This document shows positions 9,933-18,804 of a stretch of DNA of 64,000 nucleotides, piece by piece. Within the stretch, counting starts at the first letter, position 1, and each line of letters opens with the position of its first letter. The notes beneath the pieces are model-generated. The model searched no databases. It was not told where the DNA came from and saw only the letters and a program-made list of their open reading frames with translations. The position numbers were made by a program, and so were the translations under genes. Source of the stretch: Rickettsiaceae bacterium (GTDB taxonomy: Bacteria > Pseudomonadota > Alphaproteobacteria > Rickettsiales > Rickettsiaceae); NCBI GenBank assembly GCA_033761815.1, contig JANRMF010000070.1:1304-65303 (forward strand), read 5' to 3'.

Positions 9933-11147
9933 ATGATTGCGCAGTGCCATCATAAACGATCAACAAAAAAAATACAGAAAATGATAAATAAATATCTCAA
10001 TAAACTCTTTCCAGCGCAAAGGCTAGATAAAAAATCTAGTAGTCAGTTTTATTTACCGCATGATCTATTTAAGCAAGAATCTATTACACCAAACGAATAT
10101 TCGAATAATGTAATCGTATATAGGTGCGTTAATATAATTTCTCAAGGGGCAAGTCATATTCCTTGGGTAATATATGAAAAAAACTCCAGTAAAGTCAATA
10201 AATTAAAAAATCATCATATATATGACTTGTTAAGAAGGCCCAACAATATTCAGTCTGGGGCAGAATTTTTCGCCTCAATAGTTGCTTCAAAGTTATTATA
10301 CGGAAATGCATATATAGCTTGCTCAGGGGACAAGTATATATCCTCTCTAATTTTGCTTCACCCAAGCAAAGTTGAGCTAAAATTTGAAAATGGAATCCCG
10401 AGTTACTATTCATATAGAGCATCTGGAAAAGAAACAAAATTCCCTCTTAGCAATAAGTCTAGAAAGTCCCAAATACTTCATATTAAATCTTATAACCCAA
10501 ACTCAAGCTACACAGGAATTCCAGCACTAAAAGCTGCTGCAAAATCTATTGAGCTTCACAACGCAACATCAGAATGGAATAGTAGTTTATTGCGCAATGG
10601 TGCAAGACCAACCGGTGCGCTGATTATGAAAGATTCTGGCCAATATCTTTCAGATGAGCAATTCACGAGGCTTCAGGAGCAATTATATGATAAATTCTCC
10701 GGCTCATCGAATGCAGGCAAGCCATTGTTACTAGAAGGTGGTTTAGACTGGAGAGATATGAGTATTCACCCAAAGGATATGGATTATATTGAGTCAAAAA
10801 ATGCAGCAGCAAGGGAGATAGCGCTTGCATTTGGCCTCCCGCCCCAGCTCCTTGGAATATCAGGCGATAATACTTATAGTAATATGCAAGAAGCAAGGCT
10901 TGCTTTATGGGAAGAGACAATAATCCCGATATTAGATAATCTTGCTGACTCTATGTCCTCTTGGTTTTCAGGGCTTTTTGGGCAAGAGCTAATTGTGGAT
11001 TTTGACAGAAATAGCATCTCAGCTTTATCAGAAAAAAGACAAGCAACATGGGACAAGATCGCAAGAGCAGACTTTATGACAATTAACGAAAAAAGAGAGC
11101 AAGTAGGGCTCAGCCCTATTAAAGGAGGGGAGGGTTTTATCATATGA
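9933..11147 (+). CDS. Phage portal protein (HK97-type)
   Basis: Length and motifs of HK97-family portals (YRCVNIISQ..., LLYGNAY, PTGALI..., REIALAFGLPPQLLG). The likely true start is MINKYL at 9981. Confidence 0.7.
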   Translation: MIAQCHHKRSTKKIQKMINKYLNKLFPAQRLDKKSSSQFYLPHDLFKQESITPNEYSNNVIVYRCVNIISQGASHIPWVIYEKNSSKVNKLKNHHIYDLLRRPNNIQSGAEFFASIVASKLLYGNAYIACSGDKYISSLILLHPSKVELKFENGIPSYYSYRASGKETKFPLSNKSRKSQILHIKSYNPNSSYTGIPALKAAAKSIELHNATSEWNSSLLRNGARPTGALIMKDSGQYLSDEQFTRLQEQLYDKFSGSSNAGKPLLLEGGLDWRDMSIHPKDMDYIESKNAAAREIALAFGLPPQLLGISGDNTYSNMQEARLALWEETIIPILDNLADSMSSWFSGLFGQELIVDFDRNSISALSEKRQATWDKIARADFMTINEKREQVGLSPIKGGEGFII

Positions 11148-11431
11148 AAAAACATAGAGCCAATTTTTTACCCCATTTTGAGGAGTCAGCAGAGATGTTG
11201 AGTCTTCAGATAGAGAGGGAGATATCAGAGGCGGATTTATCGAGTGACTCGGAGGAGAGGCATCAGACGCGGAAAACCTTAGCCGATACATTGCATAAAT
11301 TAGTTACGATTATAAACCACGTGAAAAAGCTCGAGAAATTATACCTTGAAGAAATGCCGGATGACAGTGAAAATGACCGCAAAATTATCGAGGAATTTAT
11401 CCTCAAGATAAAATCGGAATATAATAATTAG
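11144..11431 (+). CDS. Small acidic helical protein between portal and terminase (possible small terminase subunit)
   Basis: 95 aa. ATGA overlap with the portal stop. It sits directly upstream of the large terminase. Confidence 0.35.
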   Translation: MKKHRANFLPHFEESAEMLSLQIEREISEADLSSDSEERHQTRKTLADTLHKLVTIINHVKKLEKLYLEEMPDDSENDRKIIEEFILKIKSEYNN

Positions 11432-11437
11432 GGGAAT

Positions 11438-12844
11438 TTGCACAATATGGAAGATTCTACCCTTTTAAAAGCTTTGCTAAAAAATGACCTACCAAGCTTT
11501 ATACATAAAGTGTTCAGCACAATCAATCCCGGAGCAGAATACATTCACAACTGGCATATAGATTTAATTGCAGAAAAGCTAAGCGAGGTTGAAAAAGGCA
11601 ACATAAAAAGGCTAATAATTAATATGCCGCCAAGGGCTCTGAAGTCAGTTTGCATAAGCATAGCTTGGACTGCATGGCTACTTGGGCAAGACCCTAAAAC
11701 AAGGATTATGGTGGCAAGCTATTCGCAAATTTTGAGTAATAAGCTTTCAATGGATACTCGTTTTATCCTAAATTCCCCATGGTATCAGAATTTATTCCCA
11801 GCTACACGGATCCATAAAAAGCAGAATCAAAAAAGTAAGTTTATGACCACGAAATATGGGTTCAGATTTGCAACTTCAGTAGGCGGAACTGCAACTGGTG
11901 AGGGAGGGGATATATTGATAGTAGATGATCCGCACAACCCAAGCCAGATGTCTTCTGAAAAACTGAGAAAAAAAACCATTAAATGGTTTATGGAAACATT
12001 TTCCACAAGGCTAAATAACCGGACAGAAGGAAGGATAGTACTAGTGCAGCAAAGGCTGCATGAGAATGATTTATCCGGCTTTTTGCTGGCAGAAAATCCG
12101 GAATGGCAATTGCTCAAAATTCCAGTTACAGCGAGGGAAGCAATATATTACAAGAGCGGGAAATCGGAGATAATTATGAAAAAGGGGGCAAGTTTGTGCG
12201 ATAGGCTATTTAGCTTGGAGCAAATCAAGAAGCTGCAGATAGAGATAGGAGATAGTAATTTTAAAGCTCAATATCTTCAAGAGCCAGATGGAGCTTCTTG
12301 CGGACTGTTAAGAGAGGAATATTTATGCTACTACAAAACATTACCTTCGATTGAATATTACATCCAAAGCTGGGATACTGCTATTAAAACAAATCATGAG
12401 TCTGATTTTTCTGCGCTAACTATATGGGGGGTTTCCTGCGAGAAATATTATTTAATCTCAGCTTTTCAGGACAAGCTTGAATATCCAGATTTAAAAAAGA
12501 AAGTGGTAGAATTTGCGCAAAAATATAATCCAGAGAGAATTTTGATCGAGGATAAATCCAGCGGTCATTCGCTTTTGCAGGATTTAAAAAGAGATGGGGT
12601 TAGGCATTTGGTACCTATTAAATCTACTCAGGATAAAATTACAAGATTTGCTACATGTCTTGATTTATTCGAATCAGGAAGGGTGATTTTGCCTATTTCT
12701 GGATATTCCAAGGAAATATCCGTGAAACAATTGCTAGACTTTCCAAATTGCAAACATGATGATTTGGTTGACTCTATTACTCAGTTTCTAAATTACATGA
12801 AGAGTAACAAAAATTTCATAAGACCAAGTGTTAGGGCTATATGA
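11438..12844 (+). CDS. Phage terminase large subunit
   Basis: Walker-A-like INMPPRALKS, Walker-B ILIVDDPHNP, QQRLHENDLSG coupling motif, and a C-terminal nuclease region with DTA...EDKSSG...HDDLVDS. Confidence 0.7.
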   Translation: MHNMEDSTLLKALLKNDLPSFIHKVFSTINPGAEYIHNWHIDLIAEKLSEVEKGNIKRLIINMPPRALKSVCISIAWTAWLLGQDPKTRIMVASYSQILSNKLSMDTRFILNSPWYQNLFPATRIHKKQNQKSKFMTTKYGFRFATSVGGTATGEGGDILIVDDPHNPSQMSSEKLRKKTIKWFMETFSTRLNNRTEGRIVLVQQRLHENDLSGFLLAENPEWQLLKIPVTAREAIYYKSGKSEIIMKKGASLCDRLFSLEQIKKLQIEIGDSNFKAQYLQEPDGASCGLLREEYLCYYKTLPSIEYYIQSWDTAIKTNHESDFSALTIWGVSCEKYYLISAFQDKLEYPDLKKKVVEFAQKYNPERILIEDKSSGHSLLQDLKRDGVRHLVPIKSTQDKITRFATCLDLFESGRVILPISGYSKEISVKQLLDFPNCKHDDLVDSITQFLNYMKSNKNFIRPSVRAI

Positions 12845-12847
12845 ACC

Positions 12848-13069
12848 TCAGTTTGACGTAAGAGCCATATATTCCTGCTGTAATTTATTGCTGACTCTGA
12901 TCGATGACTTTCTTGAGCGGAAGCAATAAGCAATGAGACCTGCTACCAGATTTGCGAATGCATTTGCGGGTTTTCTGTGTCTTGTATGTTCTATTTGACA
13001 TAGATTTTTGAGCTGATCGTTTACAGTCTCTATTAATCCTCTTTTAGGTAAGTAGAATTTTTGGCTGAT
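12848..13069 (-). pseudogene. C-terminal fragment of a DDE transposase (IS982/IS5-like tail)
   Basis: My minus-strand translation reads ISQKFYLPKRGLIETVNDQLKNLCQIEHTRHRKPANAFANLVAGLIAYCF...*. The IETV..QLKN...IEH.RHR tail is typical of DDE transposases. A stop lies directly upstream and there is no catalytic N-terminal part. Confidence 0.55.
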
Positions 13070-13133
13070 TCACTAGTGAAAATGAAAGGTATTGATTTAG
13101 ACTATATATAAGCAGACAAGAGATGCTAAGGTT

Positions 13134-13346
13134 ATGGCTGAAGAAATTAAAGCCACTAAGGCTCAAGCTCCGGTAGAGCAATACTCCCAGGAGGCTCTGG
13201 CTTTGAATGCGGCCACCGCTCAGACTCAAGCTAAGAGTATTCGGAACTCTTTAGATCCTGAGAAAAAGTGGAATAGTGGGTTTTCGGGATTTTTGAACAG
13301 ATTCTTCTCGGGCAATGGTCAGGGGGGTAAGGGTCCTACCGTATAA
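13134..13346 (+). CDS. Small hypothetical protein
   Basis: 70-aa ORF preceded by AAGG. Locally higher G+C. No recognisable domain. Confidence 0.3.
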   Translation: MAEEIKATKAQAPVEQYSQEALALNAATAQTQAKSIRNSLDPEKKWNSGFSGFLNRFFSGNGQGGKGPTV

Positions 13347-13389
13347 TCCAAAAAAAATAAAAAATTGATCAAATTTTTAATTTTAGCTA

Positions 13390-13418
13390 TTGACAAAAGG
13401 CTGATAAAGTAAGATTAT
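13390..13418 (+). promoter_or_regulatory. Candidate sigma70-type promoter
   Basis: TTGACA (13390-13395), a 17-nt spacer, then GATTAT (13413-13418), about 30 nt upstream of the 13451 ORF. Confidence 0.35.
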
Positions 13419-13450
13419 ACCATTTTATTAAAATAATATAAGGTTAATGT

Positions 13451-13660
13451 ATGTCAAAAGCAAAAACCGCTTCAAAAAACAACCCTACATCAAGGGAGCA
13501 AGCGAGAGAGTTCTTTTACAATGGTCAAAAGATTAAACCAGTTAGGTTAGTTACTCAACAATCTTCCTTTTTAGCTGCTGAGTTTGATGGATCAGGAGAC
13601 TTAGTTCTAGATAATTCAGGAAATCCACTCACTTGGAAAAAAGCAGCATTAGGTAATTAA
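13451..13660 (+). CDS. Small hypothetical protein
   Basis: 69-aa ORF, placed for translational coupling to the following Trm112-like gene (a 1-nt gap). Confidence 0.4.
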   Translation: MSKAKTASKNNPTSREQAREFFYNGQKIKPVRLVTQQSSFLAAEFDGSGDLVLDNSGNPLTWKKAALGN

Positions 13661-13661
13661 A

Positions 13662-13916
13662 ATGATAGAAATTTCAAACGATCTCTTAAAAATCATAGTT
13701 TGTCCAGTTACTAAAAAACCTTTAAAGTACGATAAAGATACCCAAGAGTTAGTTAGCGAAGATGCTGGCCTTGCTTTTCCAATAAAAGATGGTATCCCTA
13801 TCTTGCTAGTTGATAAAGCTAGAAAAATTTCTAATAGAAACTACATATATAATGACAGAGTGGTTACTAATGAAAATGCTATCATGCAGTCAAGCAAAGT
13901 TAAGGATATAGCTTAG
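13662..13916 (+). CDS. Trm112/UPF0434 family protein
   Basis: CPVTKKPL...DGIPILLVDKA signature. Confidence 0.7.
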   Translation: MIEISNDLLKIIVCPVTKKPLKYDKDTQELVSEDAGLAFPIKDGIPILLVDKARKISNRNYIYNDRVVTNENAIMQSSKVKDIA

Positions 13917-14098
13917 CTTATTCCCTTTGGTTCTTGCAAAAAACTCCAATTCTAAGCCCTTTTTTTATAAAAAAATTAGGGCTTCTACCTCACGCTTTCC
14001 CAAAATATATTATCTCTAGGATTAAATTTTATTATAGGGTTATTTTTAATAAAAAACTCATTGACTAAGTTAAATCACTAACATAAGTATGATATTTT

Positions 14099-14456
14099 GT
14101 GAGACTCAATGAAAAAAAATTTATATTAAACTCGGCTCCAATCAAAGATATAGTGAATTTTTTATCAGAAAATATTCACGAGCAGGTCAATCCGCAAATT
14201 TACGAAGAAAAAATCCAGAATCTTGGTAGCCTTCTTTCTGATAAAGCTGAGATGCTATTTTTTTTAACCAAACGAGTAGTAAGGCTCAATATTCATTTGA
14301 TTTAAATCAAGCGAATGAAATTATTGTTTTTGTCAGCAAAAGCCCATATATGGTTCAGGAATTAATTTCTAGATTAGATCAGATGTTTGAAATCTATGTT
14401 TTAAAATTTTTGAGAGGCGAAATATTTCATCGCTCAACAAAATTGAAACCCTAAAA
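14099..14456 (+). pseudogene. Frameshifted orphan ORF (about 119 codons if repaired at a T8 tract)
   Basis: The 14099 frame stops at 14305. A second frame is open from the T8 run (14258-14265) to TAA at 14454-14456. One extra T would fuse them. Confidence 0.35.
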
Positions 14457-14470
14457 TTTGACTATGGTTA

Positions 14471-14603
14471 TTATACCAGGTTCCGAAATTAAGTAACTAA
14501 AGCAATTTTTTAGGACTAACCTCTCTCGCACCTATTATCTATAGCCTTACGCAGGCTCGCCTTTAAATTGCATTTGTTCAATTTAATTTGGGATCTGGTA
14601 TTA
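14471..14603. mobile_element. MITE-like element, family C copy 1 (core 14474-14600, TTA duplication)
   Basis: Termini TACCAGGTTCC...GGATCTGGTA flanked by TTA/TTA. More than 90 percent identical by eye to the inverted copy at 53603-53730. Confidence 0.7.
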
Positions 14604-14622
14604 TAATCAAGATCCAAAATAC

Positions 14623-14692
14623 CATGAAACCAAAGAGATTATTTCCAATCTTATAAAGGTTAAGCTTCAGTCAGCTTTTATTTGGTTTCATG
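14623..14692. repeat. 70-bp unit bounded by a perfect 12-bp inverted repeat
   Basis: CATGAAACCAAA (14623-14634) and TTTGGTTTCATG (14681-14692). Confidence 0.35.
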
Positions 14693-15187
14693 ACCGAGGG
14701 GGTGCTCACAGGATTGACCTATCCAAAAATGATTCGATGATTCTTGAGTCTTTATCGAAGGATGCAGAAATTTCTGCTATTAATATATCTCATCAAAAAA
14801 AGACTTGCCGTAAAAGCAAAACAACAACTCAAAAAACCACGAATGTAATAAATGAAGTTTTGCCGAATATTAACTACCATGTAAAAAATTTTTTTGGATT
14901 TGATAGGGGAAATTATTGCGAATGGTATTATATAAGAAAAAAAAATATTCGATATTTATTAAAAAGCACAATTATATTGACAACATTAAATAAATCTATT
15001 AAAAGCTAAGTATTATATAGAGGCATATATGAAAACTAAGTTAATCTGACACTGCGCAAGAATATAAAAAAACGCAGAGCTTTTAACAAAGTCCATTTTT
15101 GCTCTTACTATGGACCATAAAGACTATATTAGTCTTATAAATTAATTCCATGATTCAATCAGAATTGTATGCTCAAAAGAGGAAACT

Positions 15188-16111
15188 ATGAGAGTAATTG
15201 AAATAATGAAAAATGAGCTAAGGTCTGAATTTATTCAAATATCTTATAAAATTAAAGGTCCATGCCCTACTTTTGAGGAAAAATGTAACCATAAATTACT
15301 GCAACAACTTCAAAAAAATACTAAATACGCACCTCACGGTGTTATAAAAAATACCTTTACAAATTTTGTTTCCAGTTATTGGAATACGCTGGCTAGAAAA
15401 CAAAGATTCGATATTTTTGATGAAAAAGTTGAGCAAGTATTTTGTGAAGAAATGTTACAACCCTCTGTGTTTGTTGCGGTATGTCCCGTTACAGCTGCAA
15501 GTCATGTGTGTTCCTATCTTTTGAAGACATTAGATGCAAGTGAAGATAATATAGCCGAAGCCAAATCAGCTTTTGTGAGAGCTGTAAGATACGCAAGTTA
15601 CGATGATTATTGTAAATCTCAGATACTTTATCCTCTAACAGAGAGGCTGCAATCCGAGGACTGTTTAAAATTTTCTAATATGGAGATCGATTTTGTTCTT
15701 AGGGTAATCGGGAACGATTCAAGGGAGCTGGATGCGGCTATGGAAATTATTGATAAAATCAAAGAGGGCAAAAAAGAAGAAGAAAATTTGCACATCAATA
15801 AAAAGCAAAACCCCCTTGGCTCTATTTTTAATGAAGAATTTGACTCAGATCTTGACTGGATTCTGGCTAAAATGAATAGGGCCGAAAATGAGGGCTTGGT
15901 CAATCTTCTTAGCGTTCCAGGTGGCAAAAGAAATTTTGACTATAGAGAGAGGGGTTCATTATTAGAAGAAGCAACAAAAAAGGTCAAGACTGGCATAGAT
16001 TACCTTTGCGAGAACTTGAATGATCAAAAAAAATATTTTCATCTAGACACAACTCAATCATTGGATTGCGTTGGAACTGTGTACGATATTGAAAATTCAG
16101 AAGAAAATTAA
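15188..16111 (+). CDS. Orphan protein carrying one copy of a novel module (FxxFVxxYW ... C-x-x-Q-I)
   Basis: 307-aa ORF with an AGAGGA RBS. It shares motifs with both halves of the downstream 842-aa protein. Confidence 0.55.
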   Translation: MRVIEIMKNELRSEFIQISYKIKGPCPTFEEKCNHKLLQQLQKNTKYAPHGVIKNTFTNFVSSYWNTLARKQRFDIFDEKVEQVFCEEMLQPSVFVAVCPVTAASHVCSYLLKTLDASEDNIAEAKSAFVRAVRYASYDDYCKSQILYPLTERLQSEDCLKFSNMEIDFVLRVIGNDSRELDAAMEIIDKIKEGKKEEENLHINKKQNPLGSIFNEEFDSDLDWILAKMNRAENEGLVNLLSVPGGKRNFDYRERGSLLEEATKKVKTGIDYLCENLNDQKKYFHLDTTQSLDCVGTVYDIENSEEN

Positions 16112-16128
16112 TAAATAAGAGTAAGTAT

Positions 16129-18657
16129 ATGAAAGAAAAAACAAACATTAATGCAATTGACTCAAGCAATATCTTTAAAGAATTCTTTTCTGATAGGTTT
16201 TTTTTAAATACAAGACTTCTTGTGGATGCAATTTGCAGGGAGTCTGATTTTGGTAGTAGTTCACACTTCTTACGACTAATGAAATCCTTTGTAAAGATCA
16301 AAACTGATATAGATAGTTTTATAAAAAATATTAGCGCAGCTGAGTTACCAGCTTTTAAAAATTGTATCAATAATAATTTGTATGTCTCTCATAATACTAA
16401 TGATATTCATGGTAAAGAGAGGACTGCGCTTCAAGAAAAATTTTTCGAATACATAGAAAATTATTGGAACTACAAAACAGGTCAAGCTGGATACGAGATC
16501 TATAATCTTGGTGCTGAAAAATACATTAAAAATGCCATACGGAGCCCCCTTGAGAAGCACATAAAGGTAGCAATAGTAGGGCTAGCAAGGAATCCTGTTA
16601 AAGATTTTACTACTTTAGACTATATCTTGAATGTTTTTGAAGAGAGTGTGCCTAGTGTAGAATATTTCCCCGACTTATATGACAAATTAACAAGCTTCAA
16701 TAACCAAATAAAAAACATTGTAGAAACATTGTTAAGCGGGATAAATAACAGATTTTGTCAAAATATCATAAAGACTCAAGGGATAAAAACTAATGAATCT
16801 GGAGAGATTGAAAGATTAGGGGAAAACCCATTTCATATTCAGGAATTTCTTGATGCTAATATAAATACTGGACGCGGAGAGTCGATGAAAAATATTATTA
16901 TAAAGCATATAATAAATAAGTTAGAATCTTTCATATCAGAGCATAATAAACAATTTGCCTCAAATGTAGATCTTGGTAGGTCTCATGAAATGGATATTCC
17001 TTCCACAGAGCCCGATACTACTTCTACGTCTTCAAGCTCAGACTCTGATTCTTACCCTCGTCCTGCCGCTATGCTTGCCCCTGAGATACTAACTCATAGT
17101 CCGGCTACTCACGAAGCTATTAGAGATTTTAGCGCAATCGCGTCTTATTATCCTAAGGTTCCGACATATATTGCGGGATCTAATGCTCTTGTGTCACCGC
17201 ATAGTACAAATTTACCACATTGGCAAACGATTCCTTCTCAGTCATTTTATAGCAACGCTCCCGGGATTTCAGTTAAGCGTACTTATATCATTTCTCAGGT
17301 GGCTCCCTCTCAGCCGTTTTATACCATTTCTCAGGTGGCTCCCTCTCAGTCGTTTTATACTCAACTTAGTCTCCTGGGGAAACCAAGTAGCATAAATACA
17401 TCTCATAATAATTTATATTATAATACCCAGCCTTCTGATAGCGCTTCTTTAAGTGGAAATTCGGGGATGCCTAAGCAGCTTTCATATATAAAAACTCTAG
17501 TTAATCTAGATCGAATTCCGTTTCAACATATAATTGAGACGAAAATTCTTGCGATATTTAAGAATATTTTAGCTAATAATACGATCCAATCAATAGAAAC
17601 ACCAGCTATTTTTCCAGACATTCATTTTGAAGGATTTTGCGAATATTTACAAAAAAAATCGTTAAATATTAGCTCTGTTTCTAAAGTAGTAATCACTACT
17701 TTGAGGATGCAAATAGAAAGGAATGCATATGATGCAAATCAGCCTTTTGAAGATATTGTAAAACCAGCATTTATTGCTGCATTGAAATCTTATAGAAATG
17801 CTATGGGGGAAAATGATCTGTTTACCAAATTCAAAATTGAGTTTTGTGATTTTGTAAAAAATTACTGGGATCTTTGTGAATCAGGCAAGAATGCACTTAA
17901 TGAAAGTAATATGACAGATGCTCTTAATAATTCTATTTTAAGCCTTAAACCTCCGCTCTTATCTTTCTCTGATGCTTCTGGTAAAGAATTAATTCGCGGC
18001 ACTCCGAAAGATGCGGTATCTAATATACAAAAGATTTTTACTGAAATATATAACTATCAAAACCAGGCTGACGATGGTTCATCAAGTAATAACATACCAA
18101 ATCTTGATATATTGCATGAAAAGATCAAAAATCCTTTTGCCTCGATCGTTAAAATGAGGTCTATATGCGTGATAAACAAGAAGGATCTCAAGAATGCTGT
18201 AGAAAATGGCTTAACTCACTCATTGTGTCAAAATATTATTGCAAAAATATACAACTCGAGCGACGGTAAGTTTTTAGATAATATTATTTCTTCGGAGTTG
18301 CATGCTTTAGATGTGCGAAAATCAGTTAAAGAGGAGTTTTATCAAATCGTAAAAGCAAAGATTGACAAAGAAACCAAATGTTTTGCGTCTCATTATAATA
18401 AGATGAGTTTGGGAAGTAACTCTGGTAGTTCCGAGGGTCTTTATGATATATCGGCTCTTTTTTCTAGTAATCCAGATGAAAAAATACCAGATTTTCCTAT
18501 ACCAATCGAACATTCTGCAAAAAAAGCAAGGATTACAGAGGGAGTTTTGCCGCAACAGACCAACTCTGCTGTATTTGATGAAGTAGTTTGCGATGGATTG
18601 ATCCTTTTAGGAAGTGTCGCTGAGGATCTTGAGTCAACTGAGTTTGGGGATCGCTAA
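16129..18657 (+). CDS. Large orphan protein: two homologous halves joined by a Ser/Pro/Thr-rich linker (effector candidate)
   Basis: Four collinear motifs recur in the two halves: PAFKNCINN/PAFIAALKS, FFEYIENYWNYKTGQ/FCDFVKNYWDLCESG, RFCQNIIKTQG/SLCQNIIAKIY and NKQFASNVDLG/TKCFASHYNKMSLG. Confidence 0.6.
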   Translation: MKEKTNINAIDSSNIFKEFFSDRFFLNTRLLVDAICRESDFGSSSHFLRLMKSFVKIKTDIDSFIKNISAAELPAFKNCINNNLYVSHNTNDIHGKERTALQEKFFEYIENYWNYKTGQAGYEIYNLGAEKYIKNAIRSPLEKHIKVAIVGLARNPVKDFTTLDYILNVFEESVPSVEYFPDLYDKLTSFNNQIKNIVETLLSGINNRFCQNIIKTQGIKTNESGEIERLGENPFHIQEFLDANINTGRGESMKNIIIKHIINKLESFISEHNKQFASNVDLGRSHEMDIPSTEPDTTSTSSSSDSDSYPRPAAMLAPEILTHSPATHEAIRDFSAIASYYPKVPTYIAGSNALVSPHSTNLPHWQTIPSQSFYSNAPGISVKRTYIISQVAPSQPFYTISQVAPSQSFYTQLSLLGKPSSINTSHNNLYYNTQPSDSASLSGNSGMPKQLSYIKTLVNLDRIPFQHIIETKILAIFKNILANNTIQSIETPAIFPDIHFEGFCEYLQKKSLNISSVSKVVITTLRMQIERNAYDANQPFEDIVKPAFIAALKSYRNAMGENDLFTKFKIEFCDFVKNYWDLCESGKNALNESNMTDALNNSILSLKPPLLSFSDASGKELIRGTPKDAVSNIQKIFTEIYNYQNQADDGSSSNNIPNLDILHEKIKNPFASIVKMRSICVINKKDLKNAVENGLTHSLCQNIIAKIYNSSDGKFLDNIISSELHALDVRKSVKEEFYQIVKAKIDKETKCFASHYNKMSLGSNSGSSEGLYDISALFSSNPDEKIPDFPIPIEHSAKKARITEGVLPQQTNSAVFDEVVCDGLILLGSVAEDLESTEFGDR
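17289..17360 (+). repeat. Tandem 36-bp duplication inside the 842-aa ORF
   Basis: CATTTCTCAGGTGGCTCCCTCTCAG(C/T)CGTTTTATAC occurs twice and encodes ISQVAPSQPFYT / ISQVAPSQSFYT. Confidence 0.8.
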
Positions 18658-18690
18658 AATAAATACGCAAGGTAAGTGTAAAATATTTTC

Positions 18691-18797
18691 TTATACCAAT
18701 CAATAGCTATATCCTACGTTGTTGCTCGTCTCTAACCTAGCATTTAGTTTGCTTTGCTCCTCGCGCCTAGTATTATTATAACTGGCGATTGGTATTA
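18691..18797. mobile_element. MITE-like element, family D (core 18694-18794, TTA duplication)
   Basis: Termini TACCAATC...GATTGGTA flanked by TTA/TTA. Only one copy in this window. Confidence 0.5.
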
Positions 18798-18804
18798 CTT
18801 GAGG

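Noticed and set aside
14737-15009. 90-aa ORF in the decayed region between the MITE and the orphan gene pair.
   Set aside because: Lys/Asn/Thr-rich low-complexity product, no RBS and no motif. It is most likely a chance ORF in non-coding DNA.
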